In this document: in pieces, positions 30,939-41,454 of the stretch
Layout: each line of letters opens with the position of its first letter
Numbering within the stretch: the stretch's first letter is position 1
Origin: Bdellovibrionota bacterium
Lineage (GTDB): Bacteria > Bdellovibrionota_G > JALEGL01 > DATDPG01
NCBI GenBank assembly: GCA_963668355.1
Contig: OY764265.1
Span: 1-64,000 of the forward strand
Length of the DNA: 64,000 bases
Direction: 5' to 3'
Notes under the pieces: model-generated
The model's input: only the letters and a program-made list of their open reading frames with translations
Told to the model about the DNA's origin: nothing
Databases searched by the model: none
Program-made: the position numbers and the translations under genes

Positions 30939-31510
30939 CTACCCCCCTGGAACATGAAGGTCGTCGCCAGGCAATCCAAGCCCATCTCAACCCCCGATTT
31001 GGTCTCTCGAGGAGCCGAGAAAGCAATGTTCGAGATATTGATGATTCGATCCAGATCACCGACATGATCAATGAACATGGCCAAGTCGTGATATTCCCCT
31101 CGCAATTTTAGAGCCATTTCAATTTCAGAATAAAAGCCCCGTCGAGAAGTTTTACCGGGCCGATATGATTGAATGTCTACATTGCTCTTTTTGGCCAAGA
31201 TCGAAAGTTGTCGAAAAATATCGTGAACTTTCGCTTCATTCGGAAGAAGAGAAACAGCTTGCTTGAGCTGTTCGTTAAGAACATTCACTTCTTCCTGGAA
31301 TTTCGGCAGATTGTCCGCAATGGCCTTATTTTCCACCAGTTTAACATTCAAATCTGCACTCTTCTTACGCAAGTCTTTCAATGTGTCATTCAACGGAACA
31401 TAAAAGACCTGATACTCCACCACGCCAATGATGATGAGCATAACCACCAACATCACCACCTTGACGGATAGGGGCTGCTTGGAAAACTGATCAAAGAACT
31501 GGTTCATCAC
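30935..31510 (-). CDS. pilO: Type IV pilus assembly protein PilO
   Basis: N-terminal TM, coiled coil, LLPNEA, FYSEI, GEYHDLAMF, RIINI. Confidence 0.94.
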   Translation of the reverse strand: MMNQFFDQFSKQPLSVKVVMLVVMLIIIGVVEYQVFYVPLNDTLKDLRKKSADLNVKLVENKAIADNLPKFQEEVNVLNEQLKQAVSLLPNEAKVHDIFRQLSILAKKSNVDIQSYRPGKTSRRGFYSEIEMALKLRGEYHDLAMFIDHVGDLDRIINISNIAFSAPRETKSGVEMGLDCLATTFMFQGGR

Positions 31511-32064
31511 GCCTCTCCCGCCGGGGTGTAATTCACCCTCAGATTGATGTTGAACTTATAATTCTTTTGGGGCCCCTGACCGGTTTGAGTCACTTGAATC
31601 AACTGAACCGAGTGAAAAAACTTCGAAGATCGCAAATTATCCACAAAGTCAGCCACCGTGGGGCCATCCATGGCCATTCCTTCTAACGTAAGCTGTTTTC
31701 CATTCTCGCGGAACACCGTCACCCACGCACGGCGAGGTACCACATACGTAAAGTCTTCCAACAACTTCACAGGACCGGAACGTTGAGCATTAAGTTTTTT
31801 GATCGTATCGATTTTCCGATTCAAATCCCTCTTCTTGTTTTTAAAATTTTCAACTTGTTTAATGATCGTGTTGAGTTGCTTAATCTGAGCGTTTAACTCA
31901 TTGATGGTTTGCTGTTCATTGTCGATTTTCTTTTGAACCGAACGATTGACCGTATACGCGTAGAGCACAGCTACAATCACGATGACCGCACCAATCACCA
32001 ATTGGTGGATGACCGTCTCTTTCTTCTGCGCGGCCTTGGTTGGGAGTAGGTTAATATGAATCAT
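31507..32064 (-). CDS. pilN: Type IV pilus assembly protein PilN
   Basis: N-terminal INLLP motif, TM, coiled coil. Confidence 0.95.
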   Translation of the reverse strand: MIHINLLPTKAAQKKETVIHQLVIGAVIVIVAVLYAYTVNRSVQKKIDNEQQTINELNAQIKQLNTIIKQVENFKNKKRDLNRKIDTIKKLNAQRSGPVKLLEDFTYVVPRRAWVTVFRENGKQLTLEGMAMDGPTVADFVDNLRSSKFFHSVQLIQVTQTGQGPQKNYKFNINLRVNYTPAGEA

Positions 32065-33137
32065 TAGTCACCCATCCTTCTCAATGCTAGCCCTACAGCC
32101 ACCGCCGCCGCAGGTGCCACCTCTCTAATATGAGCCGCGTTGAACTTTTGTTCGTCCACATCCACGACCATAAACGGATCCGCAATTTCAACAGAGACGC
32201 CCACTTTCGACTCAATCACACTGGGAAGTCCTGGAATTTTTGCGCTTCCGCCGGTTAAATAAATTTTTGAAATTCGATCATCCGTCGAAGAGGCCGCAAA
32301 GAAGTCCAAAGATCTTTGGATCTCAGCCGCCATCGTCTCCGAAATGGATCGAATGATTCCACCAACTTCCTGTGGAATCACAGCCTCGGTCGTTTCCGAA
32401 GGCCCACCCAATTCTCCGCCAAGCTTCAAAGATTCGGCTTCTTCATAGCTGACGTTCAACTGTTTCTGAATTTCTTCGGTGAACTGGTTTCCCCCCATGG
32501 AAATGTCCCGCGTAAACGTCGACACACCATTTCGGAGAATGTTGATGTTGATGACGCTGGCTCCAATATTGGCCAACACAATGGTTTCTCCGTCCATCAT
32601 GCCGTAATTCATCTCAAACATATTCTCTACCGCAAAAGCATCCACATCCATGATGAGTGGACTTAAACCGGCTTCCATGAGAACCGCTGTATAGTCATTG
32701 ATCATGTCTTTTTTGGCTGCAACCAAAACGACTTCCATCTGCCCAACATCTTGTTCGTCATTTCCCAAGATTTGCACGTCCAAGTTCACGTCAGAAATGT
32801 CAAATGGAATGTATTGTTCCGCTTCCCACTGAATTGATTCTTCCAACTCATCTTCTGTCATTTGAGGAAGTTTAATCTTTTTCACAATGACCGAATGTCC
32901 ACACACAGAAGTGGCCACATCTTTTGTCTTCAATTTTTCCTGACTGATTGCTTCGATCAGTGCGTCCACGACCGCGTTTGAATTCATGATGGCGCCGTCC
33001 ACAATGGCCTCAGCTGGAAGAGGAACCATACGAAAATGAACAAGCTCGTAACCCTTTTTGGTTGGCTTGAGTTCAACCAACTTGATCGCACTCGAGCCGA
33101 TATCTATACCCACGACACTTTTCTTCTTGCCCAACAT
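32064..33137 (-). CDS. pilM: Type IV pilus assembly protein PilM
   Basis: VGIDIGSSAIK, EAEQYIPF, LVAAKK, LTGGSAK, AVAVGLALR. Confidence 0.97.
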   Translation of the reverse strand: MLGKKKSVVGIDIGSSAIKLVELKPTKKGYELVHFRMVPLPAEAIVDGAIMNSNAVVDALIEAISQEKLKTKDVATSVCGHSVIVKKIKLPQMTEDELEESIQWEAEQYIPFDISDVNLDVQILGNDEQDVGQMEVVLVAAKKDMINDYTAVLMEAGLSPLIMDVDAFAVENMFEMNYGMMDGETIVLANIGASVININILRNGVSTFTRDISMGGNQFTEEIQKQLNVSYEEAESLKLGGELGGPSETTEAVIPQEVGGIIRSISETMAAEIQRSLDFFAASSTDDRISKIYLTGGSAKIPGLPSVIESKVGVSVEIADPFMVVDVDEQKFNAAHIREVAPAAAVAVGLALRRMGD

Positions 33138-33142
33138 GCTGT

Positions 33143-33382
33143 CTAACCTCCGAACACCCTTTCTTTATCCGACAGATTCAGCCCCAGTGCCTTTATGATC
33201 TTTCTTTTTGTGGCCATTCGGCAAGCTTTTCCTTGTTCTACCCGATCCACGGTCAACACAGAAAGCCCTGCCGCTTTGGCAAGTTCTGCCTTACTCATCA
33301 AGAGTTGTTCACGCAGTTTGCGAACATTATTTGACGCCACTTTGGGCGTTCTTCGATCCCGAAGGCTTCTTTTCGGGCCCAT
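33143..33382 (-). CDS. Small XRE-family HTH protein leading the pilMNOPQ operon
   Basis: NNVRKLREQLLMSKAELAKAAGLSVLTVDRVEQG; 5 bp upstream of pilM. Confidence 0.85.
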   Translation of the reverse strand: MGPKRSLRDRRTPKVASNNVRKLREQLLMSKAELAKAAGLSVLTVDRVEQGKACRMATKRKIIKALGLNLSDKERVFGG

Positions 33383-33456
33383 ATCGATTACCTCTCTTGA
33401 TTGGGATTGTTAAAGTTCGAGGCAGACGCCTCATTGCACCCGCCAATCACGATCTC

Positions 33457-33486
33457 AGTTTATGAAATAAGAATATATAAAGTCAA
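33457..33486 (-). promoter_or_regulatory. Candidate sigma70 promoter for XRE-pilM operon
   Basis: TTGACT-N18-TAAACT on the minus strand, with a very AT-rich tract (33490-33540) upstream. Confidence 0.45.
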
Positions 33487-33769
33487 GTTAGTGGAATATA
33501 TTTTAATATAATTAAGTTAAATTATATGATAATTATTTTTCCCGCTCAATCTCGCAAGCAAGTTTCGCGTGCCCTTTTTAAACCGATTTCCGACCCGTTT
33601 TTTCGCAGCATGTCATCGCTTTTTGAGGGTAAAAATTTTTTTCATTTTTTTTGCGCCGATTTTGAAAAACCACAAAGCCGTTTTCATTTTCCTCTAAAAA
33701 ACCTCAAATTGATTTCCAAATGCCTATTATTACTTGACCCCTGTTCCTAGATTGTACGACCATAGCGAT

Positions 33770-34378
33770 ATGCCTGAATTATCATTTTGGGAGAAATTAA
33801 CCCGACGAAAACTTAAGAACTATTTGTTTTTGGATAAACGTTTGCAGTTCCACTTTGCGTTTCTCCTGGCTGCCATTGGTGCCATCAACGCGTTCTACTT
33901 CAGCACCTTGGTATACTTTTACACACAAGAGATTTATCAACGACTTCTCCCTCGTATTCCGGACTACGCATTGGATGCTGGAGATTTTGAATCTCAATAT
34001 CGGCTATTTCTAATGACCGTTATTTTTGTAACGCTCTTCGAAATCGTCCTTATCGTATTACTGGGTCTATTTTTCTCCCATCGAATCGCCGGCCCCCTCT
34101 ATGCCATGAGACAGAAGCTAAAGGAAATGGCGAAAGGAAGAATTCCAACTACGGTTCGGCTTCGCAAAAATGACCTTTTGCAAACATTTGCTGACGAAAT
34201 GAACGAGGTGTTGAGCACCTTGAGCCATCGCCGAGCTGAGGTGGAAACGGCCCTAAACGAAATAAACGCCGGGAATCATGAAGCTTGTAAACGTCGACTG
34301 GAAAAGCTCATGAGCACAGGAGAAGAACCTGGGACTTCTTCGCCAAGTGACGAGCTGCCGAAAGAATCATCCGACTAA
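33770..34378 (+). CDS. Two-TM HAMP-domain membrane protein (no kinase domain)
   Basis: Two TM helices then SHRIAGPL...VRLRKNDLLQ.FADEMN; ends without a catalytic domain. Confidence 0.8.
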   Translation: MPELSFWEKLTRRKLKNYLFLDKRLQFHFAFLLAAIGAINAFYFSTLVYFYTQEIYQRLLPRIPDYALDAGDFESQYRLFLMTVIFVTLFEIVLIVLLGLFFSHRIAGPLYAMRQKLKEMAKGRIPTTVRLRKNDLLQTFADEMNEVLSTLSHRRAEVETALNEINAGNHEACKRRLEKLMSTGEEPGTSSPSDELPKESSD

Positions 34379-36071
34379 ACGAGCTTTCGCGCTCTTCTTG
34401 GATCATGTCCAAAATGAGTGGAAATTCATTCTGAGAGGCCAACATCTGCCAATACGTAAAGTGAATGGCAAATCTCACCTCTCGTTGTGTTTGTCCCTCT
34501 AAACCTTCCCAAGGAACAACCGTTCGATCAGATCGTACAAAACCTTTAATTTGGTCTCCCTGGATCTGGGCATCCAAGATTTTCTTACCGGTGATGGTCA
34601 TCAGATTCGCGACCATTCCCGCCTTAACCCTTCTCAACAATAGCCCAGGCGTCATATTCAAAGTTTGAGACAAGCAGAACAAAAGCGTTTGAATTTCGCT
34701 AGACGTCGGGGTGGTCTCCTCGTCGAGACCAACTTGACCTTGGTCAGCCCGAAGCAACATTTGGATCTGACTGATTTCACGATCAATCGAATTCGGATCC
34801 ATGGAAACCGGAGGTATATCCGCCAACCTAGATTCAATGCCCTGAACTTGATCTTCGATTTGGGCTTTTCTTTCTTGAAGGCTTTTTTCGGGAACCTCCG
34901 TCGATACTTCTTTCCATTCTCGGGTCGCATCTTCCAAATTCTTTTTATAAATTTCTCGACTTTCCAACACGGCTTCCAACTCTTCAAAATCAGAAACACC
35001 CACTTCTTCGCAAACATTTTGAAATGAGGCACTCTCCACTTCATGGCGTTTTTCAAAATCCGCCCGCTCTTCATCAATTTCTTTCATTTTCTTGCGAGCT
35101 TCGGAAAGTTTTTCCAAACGTTTCAAACCCACCCAGACCCCTCCGACAATCGCCAAGAGTCCCAAGATACAAACCGGCAACCACACAACCATCCAATCAC
35201 GTTGAAGTGATGTCCCCACAAAACCCACCAAAGCCACAGTGACGCCAATCGCACTCGTCGGTTCTTGCCAAAAAGGACGATCTGGAATCATTTGAATTTC
35301 GTCTTTTTTGGCAACGATGCGTGCCTCAAAATCTTCCAAGGTATCTCGATACTTTTCCTCCAACCTCGGAAAATTTTTCATTTGAGCCACAACTTCGGGC
35401 GTCAAAAACCCTTCACGATCGTACTTCAAGTATGGACGGTAATCTTTCTGGGCTTGTTTTAATTTTTCCCTCGGACCTTCGAGTTTTCTTAGTTTTTCTT
35501 CGGTTTCAAACAACTCGTTTTGCAGACTGTTTAGTTCTTCTTCCAGGCGAGTGATTTTCTCAATATTCTCTTTCTCATCTTGCAAACCTTTCAAACGAGA
35601 AACTTGGTCCTCATCTTTCGGAATCGTGGCTAAAGGGTCCTTGGAATTCTCTGGTTCACCCAATACAGAAGAAAACACCAAAAAATTGTGAAAGACCTTC
35701 CGAGAAGGAACCTTTGCAGAGCGTAAAAGTGTTTCCGTAATGAAACGAGGCTCTGAAGACAACTCTCGGAACTGATCCTTGGTTCCCTTTTGCAATTGAG
35801 AAAGAAAAAGTTTTTTTTGAGGATAGTCTCGAATCAAACGATAGACACAATCCCTGGCCTCAAACGTCATCCCCACTCGTTTCGACTTCCCAGGGCCCAG
35901 TGGAATGTCTTGCCGAAGCGTTGGGTAGAAGAGATCAGAAATAACATCCACCAGATGGCGCAAAGGAAAGGACCCCTTCTGCTGCCAAGGATTGAAACCC
36001 GCCTGAACTGGATAGCGCAGAACACCCTTTGTGGAGGGAATACCTTCTACCAAAACCTCGATTAAACGCAT
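34308..36071 (-). CDS. Coiled-coil membrane protein with SMC/YhaN-like architecture and degenerate ATPase motifs
   Basis: 587 aa; beta-strand N-terminus, two long coiled coils around a TM hairpin, C-terminal FPLILD...SQVLLL; no Walker A. Confidence 0.65.
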   Translation of the reverse strand: MRLIEVLVEGIPSTKGVLRYPVQAGFNPWQQKGSFPLRHLVDVISDLFYPTLRQDIPLGPGKSKRVGMTFEARDCVYRLIRDYPQKKLFLSQLQKGTKDQFRELSSEPRFITETLLRSAKVPSRKVFHNFLVFSSVLGEPENSKDPLATIPKDEDQVSRLKGLQDEKENIEKITRLEEELNSLQNELFETEEKLRKLEGPREKLKQAQKDYRPYLKYDREGFLTPEVVAQMKNFPRLEEKYRDTLEDFEARIVAKKDEIQMIPDRPFWQEPTSAIGVTVALVGFVGTSLQRDWMVVWLPVCILGLLAIVGGVWVGLKRLEKLSEARKKMKEIDEERADFEKRHEVESASFQNVCEEVGVSDFEELEAVLESREIYKKNLEDATREWKEVSTEVPEKSLQERKAQIEDQVQGIESRLADIPPVSMDPNSIDREISQIQMLLRADQGQVGLDEETTPTSSEIQTLLFCLSQTLNMTPGLLLRRVKAGMVANLMTITGKKILDAQIQGDQIKGFVRSDRTVVPWEGLEGQTQREVRFAIHFTYWQMLASQNEFPLILDMIQEERESSFSRMILSAARHLAKKSQVLLLCS

Positions 36072-36096
36072 AAACGAGGCCAGAGTTTATCTGATT

Positions 36097-36594
36097 TTAT
36101 GCGCGAGGTCTTGCTTCAGACGCATTGGATGTCTGGGAATTGGAAACGGGCTCAGAAGCGGACTCTCCGTCACTAGCTTCTTCCGTGGCCAAAGCATCTT
36201 GGTTCGCTTCATCTTCGACAGGCTCTTGATATTCCATGGACTCATTTCGAGAACCTTTTTCTACCGTAGCGTCTTTTCCTCGGCGGCCTCTCAAGAAATA
36301 CAATCGGCCCCGTCGAACTTTTCCGTGTTGAACAACCTCCACCTTTTCGATGGCCGGGCTTTGAAACGGAAATACTCGTTCAACTCCAATTCCATACGAA
36401 AGCTTGCGAACCGTGAAGCTCGCTCCCTCGTTTCCTCGTTTTCGCTTGATTACGATTCCCTGGTAAACCTGGATGCGCTCTTTTTCGCCTTCGCGAATCT
36501 TCACATGAACCTTAATCGTATCGCCCACTCTAAAATTCGGAAAAACTCGTTTCTTTTCCAATCCGCTCATAATGTCTTTGGTCATCATTTCCAT
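36097..36594 (-). CDS. rplS: 50S ribosomal protein L19 with acidic C-terminal extension
   Basis: [51 protein letters not shown]. Confidence 0.97.
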   Translation of the reverse strand: MEMMTKDIMSGLEKKRVFPNFRVGDTIKVHVKIREGEKERIQVYQGIVIKRKRGNEGASFTVRKLSYGIGVERVFPFQSPAIEKVEVVQHGKVRRGRLYFLRGRRGKDATVEKGSRNESMEYQEPVEDEANQDALATEEASDGESASEPVSNSQTSNASEARPRA

Positions 36595-36608
36595 CACCTC
36601 GTTTTTTC

Positions 36609-37286
36609 TCAAACGCTTCCTAACAAATCAGGTCGTCGCACTTTTGTTTTTTCCAATGCCGCACTCTTGCGCCATTGCTCAATCTTCGCATGGTCTCCCG
36701 AAAGCAATGCTTCAGGGACAGATCTGCCCCGAAACTCACTTGGCCGGGTATATTGCGGGTACTTCAACCCCCCGTCAACAAACGAATCCGTTGTTACGGA
36801 TTCATAATCTCCAACCACTCCTGGAATCAACCTTCCGGTCGTCTCCATCAGGACAGCTGCTGGAAGTTCGCCTCCAGACAACACATAATCACCTATGGAA
36901 AACATTTCATCCACCCAACCATCCACAAAACGTTCATCCACGCCTTCATAGCGCCCTGCCACAATGATGAGTTGAGGAATCTCGGCCAACTCGTTTGCCC
37001 AGGCATGTGTCAGCTGCCGCCCTTGGGGCGAGGCATATAGCACTTTTGCTCCTGCCTGGCGAGGGATTGATTCCACGGCTTTGGCCAAGGGTTCAACCTT
37101 CAAAACCATTCCCGGCCCCCCTCCATAAGGAGCATCGTCAACGGTTCTGTGACGATCATCTGCAAAATTTCGCAGATCATGCGCCTGAAATTCAATCAAT
37201 CCTTTATCCAAGGCACGATTCCAAATTTGACTCACACGCATGGAGTCAAAAAACTCAGGGAAAATGGTGACCACGTCAAAACGCAT
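36609..37286 (-). CDS. trmD: tRNA (guanine37-N1)-methyltransferase
   Basis: [39 protein letters not shown]. Confidence 0.98.
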   Translation of the reverse strand: MRFDVVTIFPEFFDSMRVSQIWNRALDKGLIEFQAHDLRNFADDRHRTVDDAPYGGGPGMVLKVEPLAKAVESIPRQAGAKVLYASPQGRQLTHAWANELAEIPQLIIVAGRYEGVDERFVDGWVDEMFSIGDYVLSGGELPAAVLMETTGRLIPGVVGDYESVTTDSFVDGGLKYPQYTRPSEFRGRSVPEALLSGDHAKIEQWRKSAALEKTKVRRPDLLGSV

Positions 37287-37806
37287 TGACCACCTCCGGC
37301 GGATCCACCGTAATTTTTCCACCATCCAAGTCGATCTGCTTGATGACTCCGGGGATCACGGGCAAGAGAACCTCTCCCTTATCACCATCCACAACATAGA
37401 TATCATTTGATGCCGTGGCCATGACATCCACCAAAACACCCAATCGTTTTCCTTGAGAGTCTTTGACTTCGAGCCCAATCATGTCACAAACGTAGAACTC
37501 CCCCTCTTCCGTTTCTGGGAACTCATCTCTGGAAACAAACAGTTCGCTCCCCGTGAGAGATTCGGCTTCATCACGGGTTGAAGCATGAGCAAAACGCACG
37601 ACATATCGAGAGTTTTGCTCCAAAACCTGAAGCAATTCCATCGACTTGGCCTGTTTTGGATCCTTTCCCACCAAAACTTCGGAGCCTTCGTTCAAAAGGG
37701 AGGTTTCTGGATTGTACATCTCCACAAACACGTGCCCTTTGAGCCCTTTGGCTCTCCCCAATCGCCCAACCGCGATGGGAATGTCTTTATTTGGCTTTTC
37801 GCTCAA
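37276..37806 (-). CDS. rimM: Ribosome maturation factor RimM
   Basis: VGRLGRAKGLKG, EGEFYVCDMIG, SNDIYVV; synteny. Confidence 0.94.
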   Translation of the reverse strand: MSEKPNKDIPIAVGRLGRAKGLKGHVFVEMYNPETSLLNEGSEVLVGKDPKQAKSMELLQVLEQNSRYVVRFAHASTRDEAESLTGSELFVSRDEFPETEEGEFYVCDMIGLEVKDSQGKRLGVLVDVMATASNDIYVVDGDKGEVLLPVIPGVIKQIDLDGGKITVDPPEVVNAF

Positions 37807-38033
37807 TTCACAATCTCCAACAGAACTCTTCGCTCTGCACTCACGCTCGCTGCGCCCAAAACCGTTCGAATGGCTTTGGCGGTCTTTCCGCCTCGTCCAA
37901 TCACTTTTCCAAGATCTTCGTCATTCACCCGAAGTTCAAAGACCGTCGTACGTTCTCCAGAGATCTCAGAGACTTCAACGTCATCGGGATGATCCACGAG
38001 TCGTGTGACAATATACGTAACCAACTCTTTCAT
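37803..38033 (-). CDS. khpA: KH domain RNA-binding protein KhpA/YlqC
   Basis: DLGKVIGRGGKTAKAIRT; between rpsP and rimM. Confidence 0.93.
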   Translation of the reverse strand: MKELVTYIVTRLVDHPDDVEVSEISGERTTVFELRVNDEDLGKVIGRGGKTAKAIRTVLGAASVSAERRVLLEIVN

Positions 38034-38045
38034 GAGATTGATCCT

Positions 38046-38324
38046 TTACGCTTCCGCTTTTTCATCTTTCGAAGGTTCCAGAACAGATTTGGGAGCCTTC
38101 TCAATGATTTTTGCAACCGTTTGGGTAGGAAGCGCACCCTGTTTCAACCAATAAGAAACGCGTTCTTGCTTCAAATTGATCGCGGTGGGTTCCTTTGTAG
38201 GATCGTAGGTACCTACCGTCTCAATCACACGCCCATCGCGGGGGGACCGTTCATCCGCAATCACCACACGGTACGAAGGACTCTTTTTTTTGCCAGTTCT
38301 GGCTAATCGAATTTTCACAGACAT
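38046..38324 (-). CDS. rpsP: 30S ribosomal protein S16
   Basis: [35 protein letters not shown]. Confidence 0.98.
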   Translation of the reverse strand: MSVKIRLARTGKKKSPSYRVVIADERSPRDGRVIETVGTYDPTKEPTAINLKQERVSYWLKQGALPTQTVAKIIEKAPKSVLEPSKDEKAEA

Positions 38325-38347
38325 GGTTATTTTTCTCCTGTGTACAC

Positions 38348-39694
38348 TTATGAAAGAAAGGGATTCATTCCCCCTCTTTGAAATCCTCTTGGCCCCATTT
38401 TTCCGAGCGATGACATCATCTTCTTGGCCTGAAGGAATTGTTTCAAAAATCGGTTTACATCTGCCACGGACGTTCCACTTCCATGAGCGATTCGTTGACG
38501 ACGACTACCATCCAAAATCTTGGGTCGTTGTTTCTCCGTGACCGTCATCGAGTTAATGATGGCTTCAACACGTGCGATTTCCTTTTCAGGCATCGCCCCG
38601 GCCATCATCTTCTTTAATTTTCCACCACCCGGCATCATTCCCAGAAGATTTTCCATGGATCCCATCTTCTGGAAAGCTTTCAACTGGTCTTGAAAGTCCT
38701 CAATGGTGAATTCCTGCTTACGAATTTTCTTCGCTAATTTTTCGGCTTGTTTGACATCAACGACTTCCTGGGCCTTTTCAACAAAAGATACAACGTCTCC
38801 CATTCCCAGAATTCGAGAAGCCATACGGTCGGGATGCAAGACCTCCAACCCTTCCATTTTTTCGCCTGTACCGACGAAAAAGATGGGCTTTCCGGTCGCC
38901 AAACATACCGAAAGAGCTGCACCTCCACGGGCGTCGCCGTCTAACTTCGTAACGATCACACCGTCAAAATCGATTCGCTCTTGAAAGGCCTCCGCAGCTC
39001 TAACTGCATCTTGCCCAACCATGGAATCCAATACGTACAGGACCAAATCCGGTTGAGTTTCCTTTTGAATGGCTTCCAATTCTTGCATGATGGGCTCATC
39101 CACATGCAAGCGGCCTGCGGTATCCACGATCACACAATTGGCCGCCACTTCTCTCATGGCCACGGCCTTCATGGCAGCCTTGCAGACCTTTACAGGATCA
39201 TCCTCTCTGGAGGAAAACACCTGTAATCCATTTTCTTTCCCCAATTGTTCCAGCTGTTCTCTCGCAGCTGGTCGCCGTGTATCCGCGGGGATCAACAAAG
39301 GTCTTTCGTGCCGTTGGTCTCGAAGGTGCTTGGCCAATTTAGCAGCGGTCGTCGTTTTTCCGGAACCTTGCAAGCCGGCCAAGAGAATCACCAAGGGACG
39401 GCCCGTGACTTTCGGGACTTCCGTGGTTTGTCCGCCCAAGATTCGAATCAATTCATCATTTAAGATTTTGATGAATTGTTGGTCCGGATTGACTTTGGTG
39501 AGAACTTCCTCTCCCAAAGCTTTTTCACGAACGGAATCGATGAACGACTGGACGACGCGGTATTGAACGTCAGCTTCCAAGAGGCTTGAACGCACCTCTG
39601 CCAAAGCCTCCTGAATATTGGATTCACGGATTTTCCCTTGCCCTCTTAAATCTTTGAAGGCCCGTTCAAAACGTTCTTGTAACCGGTCAAACAC
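38348..39694 (-). CDS. ffh: Signal recognition particle protein
   Basis: [28 protein letters not shown], Met-rich M domain ([11 protein letters not shown]). Confidence 0.98.
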   Translation of the reverse strand: MFDRLQERFERAFKDLRGQGKIRESNIQEALAEVRSSLLEADVQYRVVQSFIDSVREKALGEEVLTKVNPDQQFIKILNDELIRILGGQTTEVPKVTGRPLVILLAGLQGSGKTTTAAKLAKHLRDQRHERPLLIPADTRRPAAREQLEQLGKENGLQVFSSREDDPVKVCKAAMKAVAMREVAANCVIVDTAGRLHVDEPIMQELEAIQKETQPDLVLYVLDSMVGQDAVRAAEAFQERIDFDGVIVTKLDGDARGGAALSVCLATGKPIFFVGTGEKMEGLEVLHPDRMASRILGMGDVVSFVEKAQEVVDVKQAEKLAKKIRKQEFTIEDFQDQLKAFQKMGSMENLLGMMPGGGKLKKMMAGAMPEKEIARVEAIINSMTVTEKQRPKILDGSRRQRIAHGSGTSVADVNRFLKQFLQAKKMMSSLGKMGPRGFQRGGMNPFLS

Positions 39695-39869
39695 TGCTAA
39701 CTACCTGTAATTACAGTAAATACCCCTAACCCCGTCGGGCCAGGGAAGCGCGCGTATATAGTACAGACCACCCAGCCATGTCAACCGCCAAAAAATAGGA
39801 CAAGTCCTATGGATTATTCGGGTTTTCGGGCCCTTTTTCGGAGAAGCCCCCATGCTGCGCGATGGATTT

Positions 39870-40058
39870 TCAAAAAACAAATTCGATGTAAATGATCGAA
39901 ACCAGAATGCAGATCGCAATCAGAAGCGTCAATGCAGTTCCGGAAATCCAATACACCTTTTTGAGGGAGGATCGTCCAATGAAAACCATTCCCATCAGAA
40001 TAAACACCACCACAAGCAACGCGATCGAAATCGCACCCAACCATTGATACATCGTCAT
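39870..40058 (-). CDS. Small two-TM hypothetical membrane protein
   Basis: 62 aa, two hydrophobic helices, ATGA overlap with the PhoH stop. Confidence 0.55.
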   Translation of the reverse strand: MTMYQWLGAISIALLVVVFILMGMVFIGRSSLKKVYWISGTALTLLIAICILVSIIYIEFVF

Positions 40059-41383
40059 AAGATATTCGAGGCGAGTTCAGCCAACTCAGAACGCTCACCT
40101 TTGGAAAGGGTCACATGACCCGACATGCGTTCCTCTTTAAACCGTTCGACAATGAAGGTTAAACCATTGCTGGAAGAATCCACATACGGATTATCAATTT
40201 GATGAGGATCTCCAGTGATCACAATCTTTGTGTTGTTTCCCACACGGGTGATGATCGTCTTGATCTCATGAGGCGTGAGATTCTGTGCCTCATCCACGAT
40301 CAAAAACTGATTGGGAATGGATCGACCTCGAATGTATGTCAAGGGCTCGATCGCCAGAAGCCCCATATTGATGAGTTCTTTGTACCCATAGCGATTCCCG
40401 GTTCGCTTTTTTTCCTTGCTGGCACTTCCCATCAACAATTCAACATTATCGTAAATGGGCTGCATCCATGGATTGAGTTTTTCTTCCAAATCTCCCGGCA
40501 AAAATCCGAGATCTCTTCCCAGAGGGAAAACGGGCCTGGAAACCAAGAGTCGGTGATACACACTTTCATCACCAACTTTTGCCAGTCCCGCAGCAATCGC
40601 CAACAAGGTTTTTCCCGTACCCGCCTTTCCCACCAATGTAACCAGTCGAACGCTGTCATCCAGCAGAAGATCAAAAGCAAACGTCTGCTCCAGGTTTCGA
40701 GGGTAAATGCCCCAAACGGATTTTTTTAAACCCCTTAATTTATGTACTTTTTCTAAGTCCGCCGATTCCCGAGCCAAGATCGACTGGCTCGAGCCGTCTT
40801 CACTTCGAATGCAGAGCAACTCATTTGGATAGAGGGACAATCCTTCCCGAGGAGCCTCTCCCTTTCTGGCCAGCAAATCCAATCTCTCCGGAGACCAGGT
40901 AACTTCCTTCCAGCCCATATAAAGTTCGTCAATGGACATGGCCGTGGGTTCGTAGTCAAATGCCGAAATCCCCAACGCATCAGCACGAATTCGAAGGTTG
41001 GTGTCCTTGGTCAAGAAAAATACCGGTCGACCTTCACCACGTTCCTTGAGTTCCAAGGCAACCGAAAGAATGGTCAGGTCGGCTTTTCGTTTTGACTGAA
41101 GTGCCGGAGCGTACGGAACGCCCTTTCCGGACCCCAAGTAAACCTGGAGGGTGCCTCCGGAATCCAGCTGAACCCCTTGAGACAAACTCCCTCTCTCGCG
41201 CAAACCATCTAAAATTCGAGATACTTGACGTGCGTTCCGCCCAGTCTCGTTCTCATCCTTCTTAAAATTATCGACCTCTTCGATGACCGTGATGGGAATC
41301 ACAACCAAATTGTCGTCAAATTTAAAAATGGCCCGAGGATCAAAAAGAAGAACATTTGTATCTAAAATATATGTTTTCTGCAT
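40055..41383 (-). CDS. PhoH2/YlaK (PIN + PhoH ATPase) protein
   Basis: PIN ILDTNVLL, TKDTNLRIRA; PhoH GKAGTGKT, LGFLPG, YIRGRS, DEAQN, GDPHQID. Confidence 0.93.
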   Translation of the reverse strand: MQKTYILDTNVLLFDPRAIFKFDDNLVVIPITVIEEVDNFKKDENETGRNARQVSRILDGLRERGSLSQGVQLDSGGTLQVYLGSGKGVPYAPALQSKRKADLTILSVALELKERGEGRPVFFLTKDTNLRIRADALGISAFDYEPTAMSIDELYMGWKEVTWSPERLDLLARKGEAPREGLSLYPNELLCIRSEDGSSQSILARESADLEKVHKLRGLKKSVWGIYPRNLEQTFAFDLLLDDSVRLVTLVGKAGTGKTLLAIAAGLAKVGDESVYHRLLVSRPVFPLGRDLGFLPGDLEEKLNPWMQPIYDNVELLMGSASKEKKRTGNRYGYKELINMGLLAIEPLTYIRGRSIPNQFLIVDEAQNLTPHEIKTIITRVGNNTKIVITGDPHQIDNPYVDSSSNGLTFIVERFKEERMSGHVTLSKGERSELAELASNIL

Positions 41384-41454
41384 GAGTTCTCTTCTCTATA
41401 TCGCTAACGAAGCTTCCATAGAAGCGAATATTTGCATAACGTAGCAATTAAACC

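Noticed and set aside
36031..36807. 258-aa plus-strand ORF
   Set aside because: Antisense to rplS and trmD.
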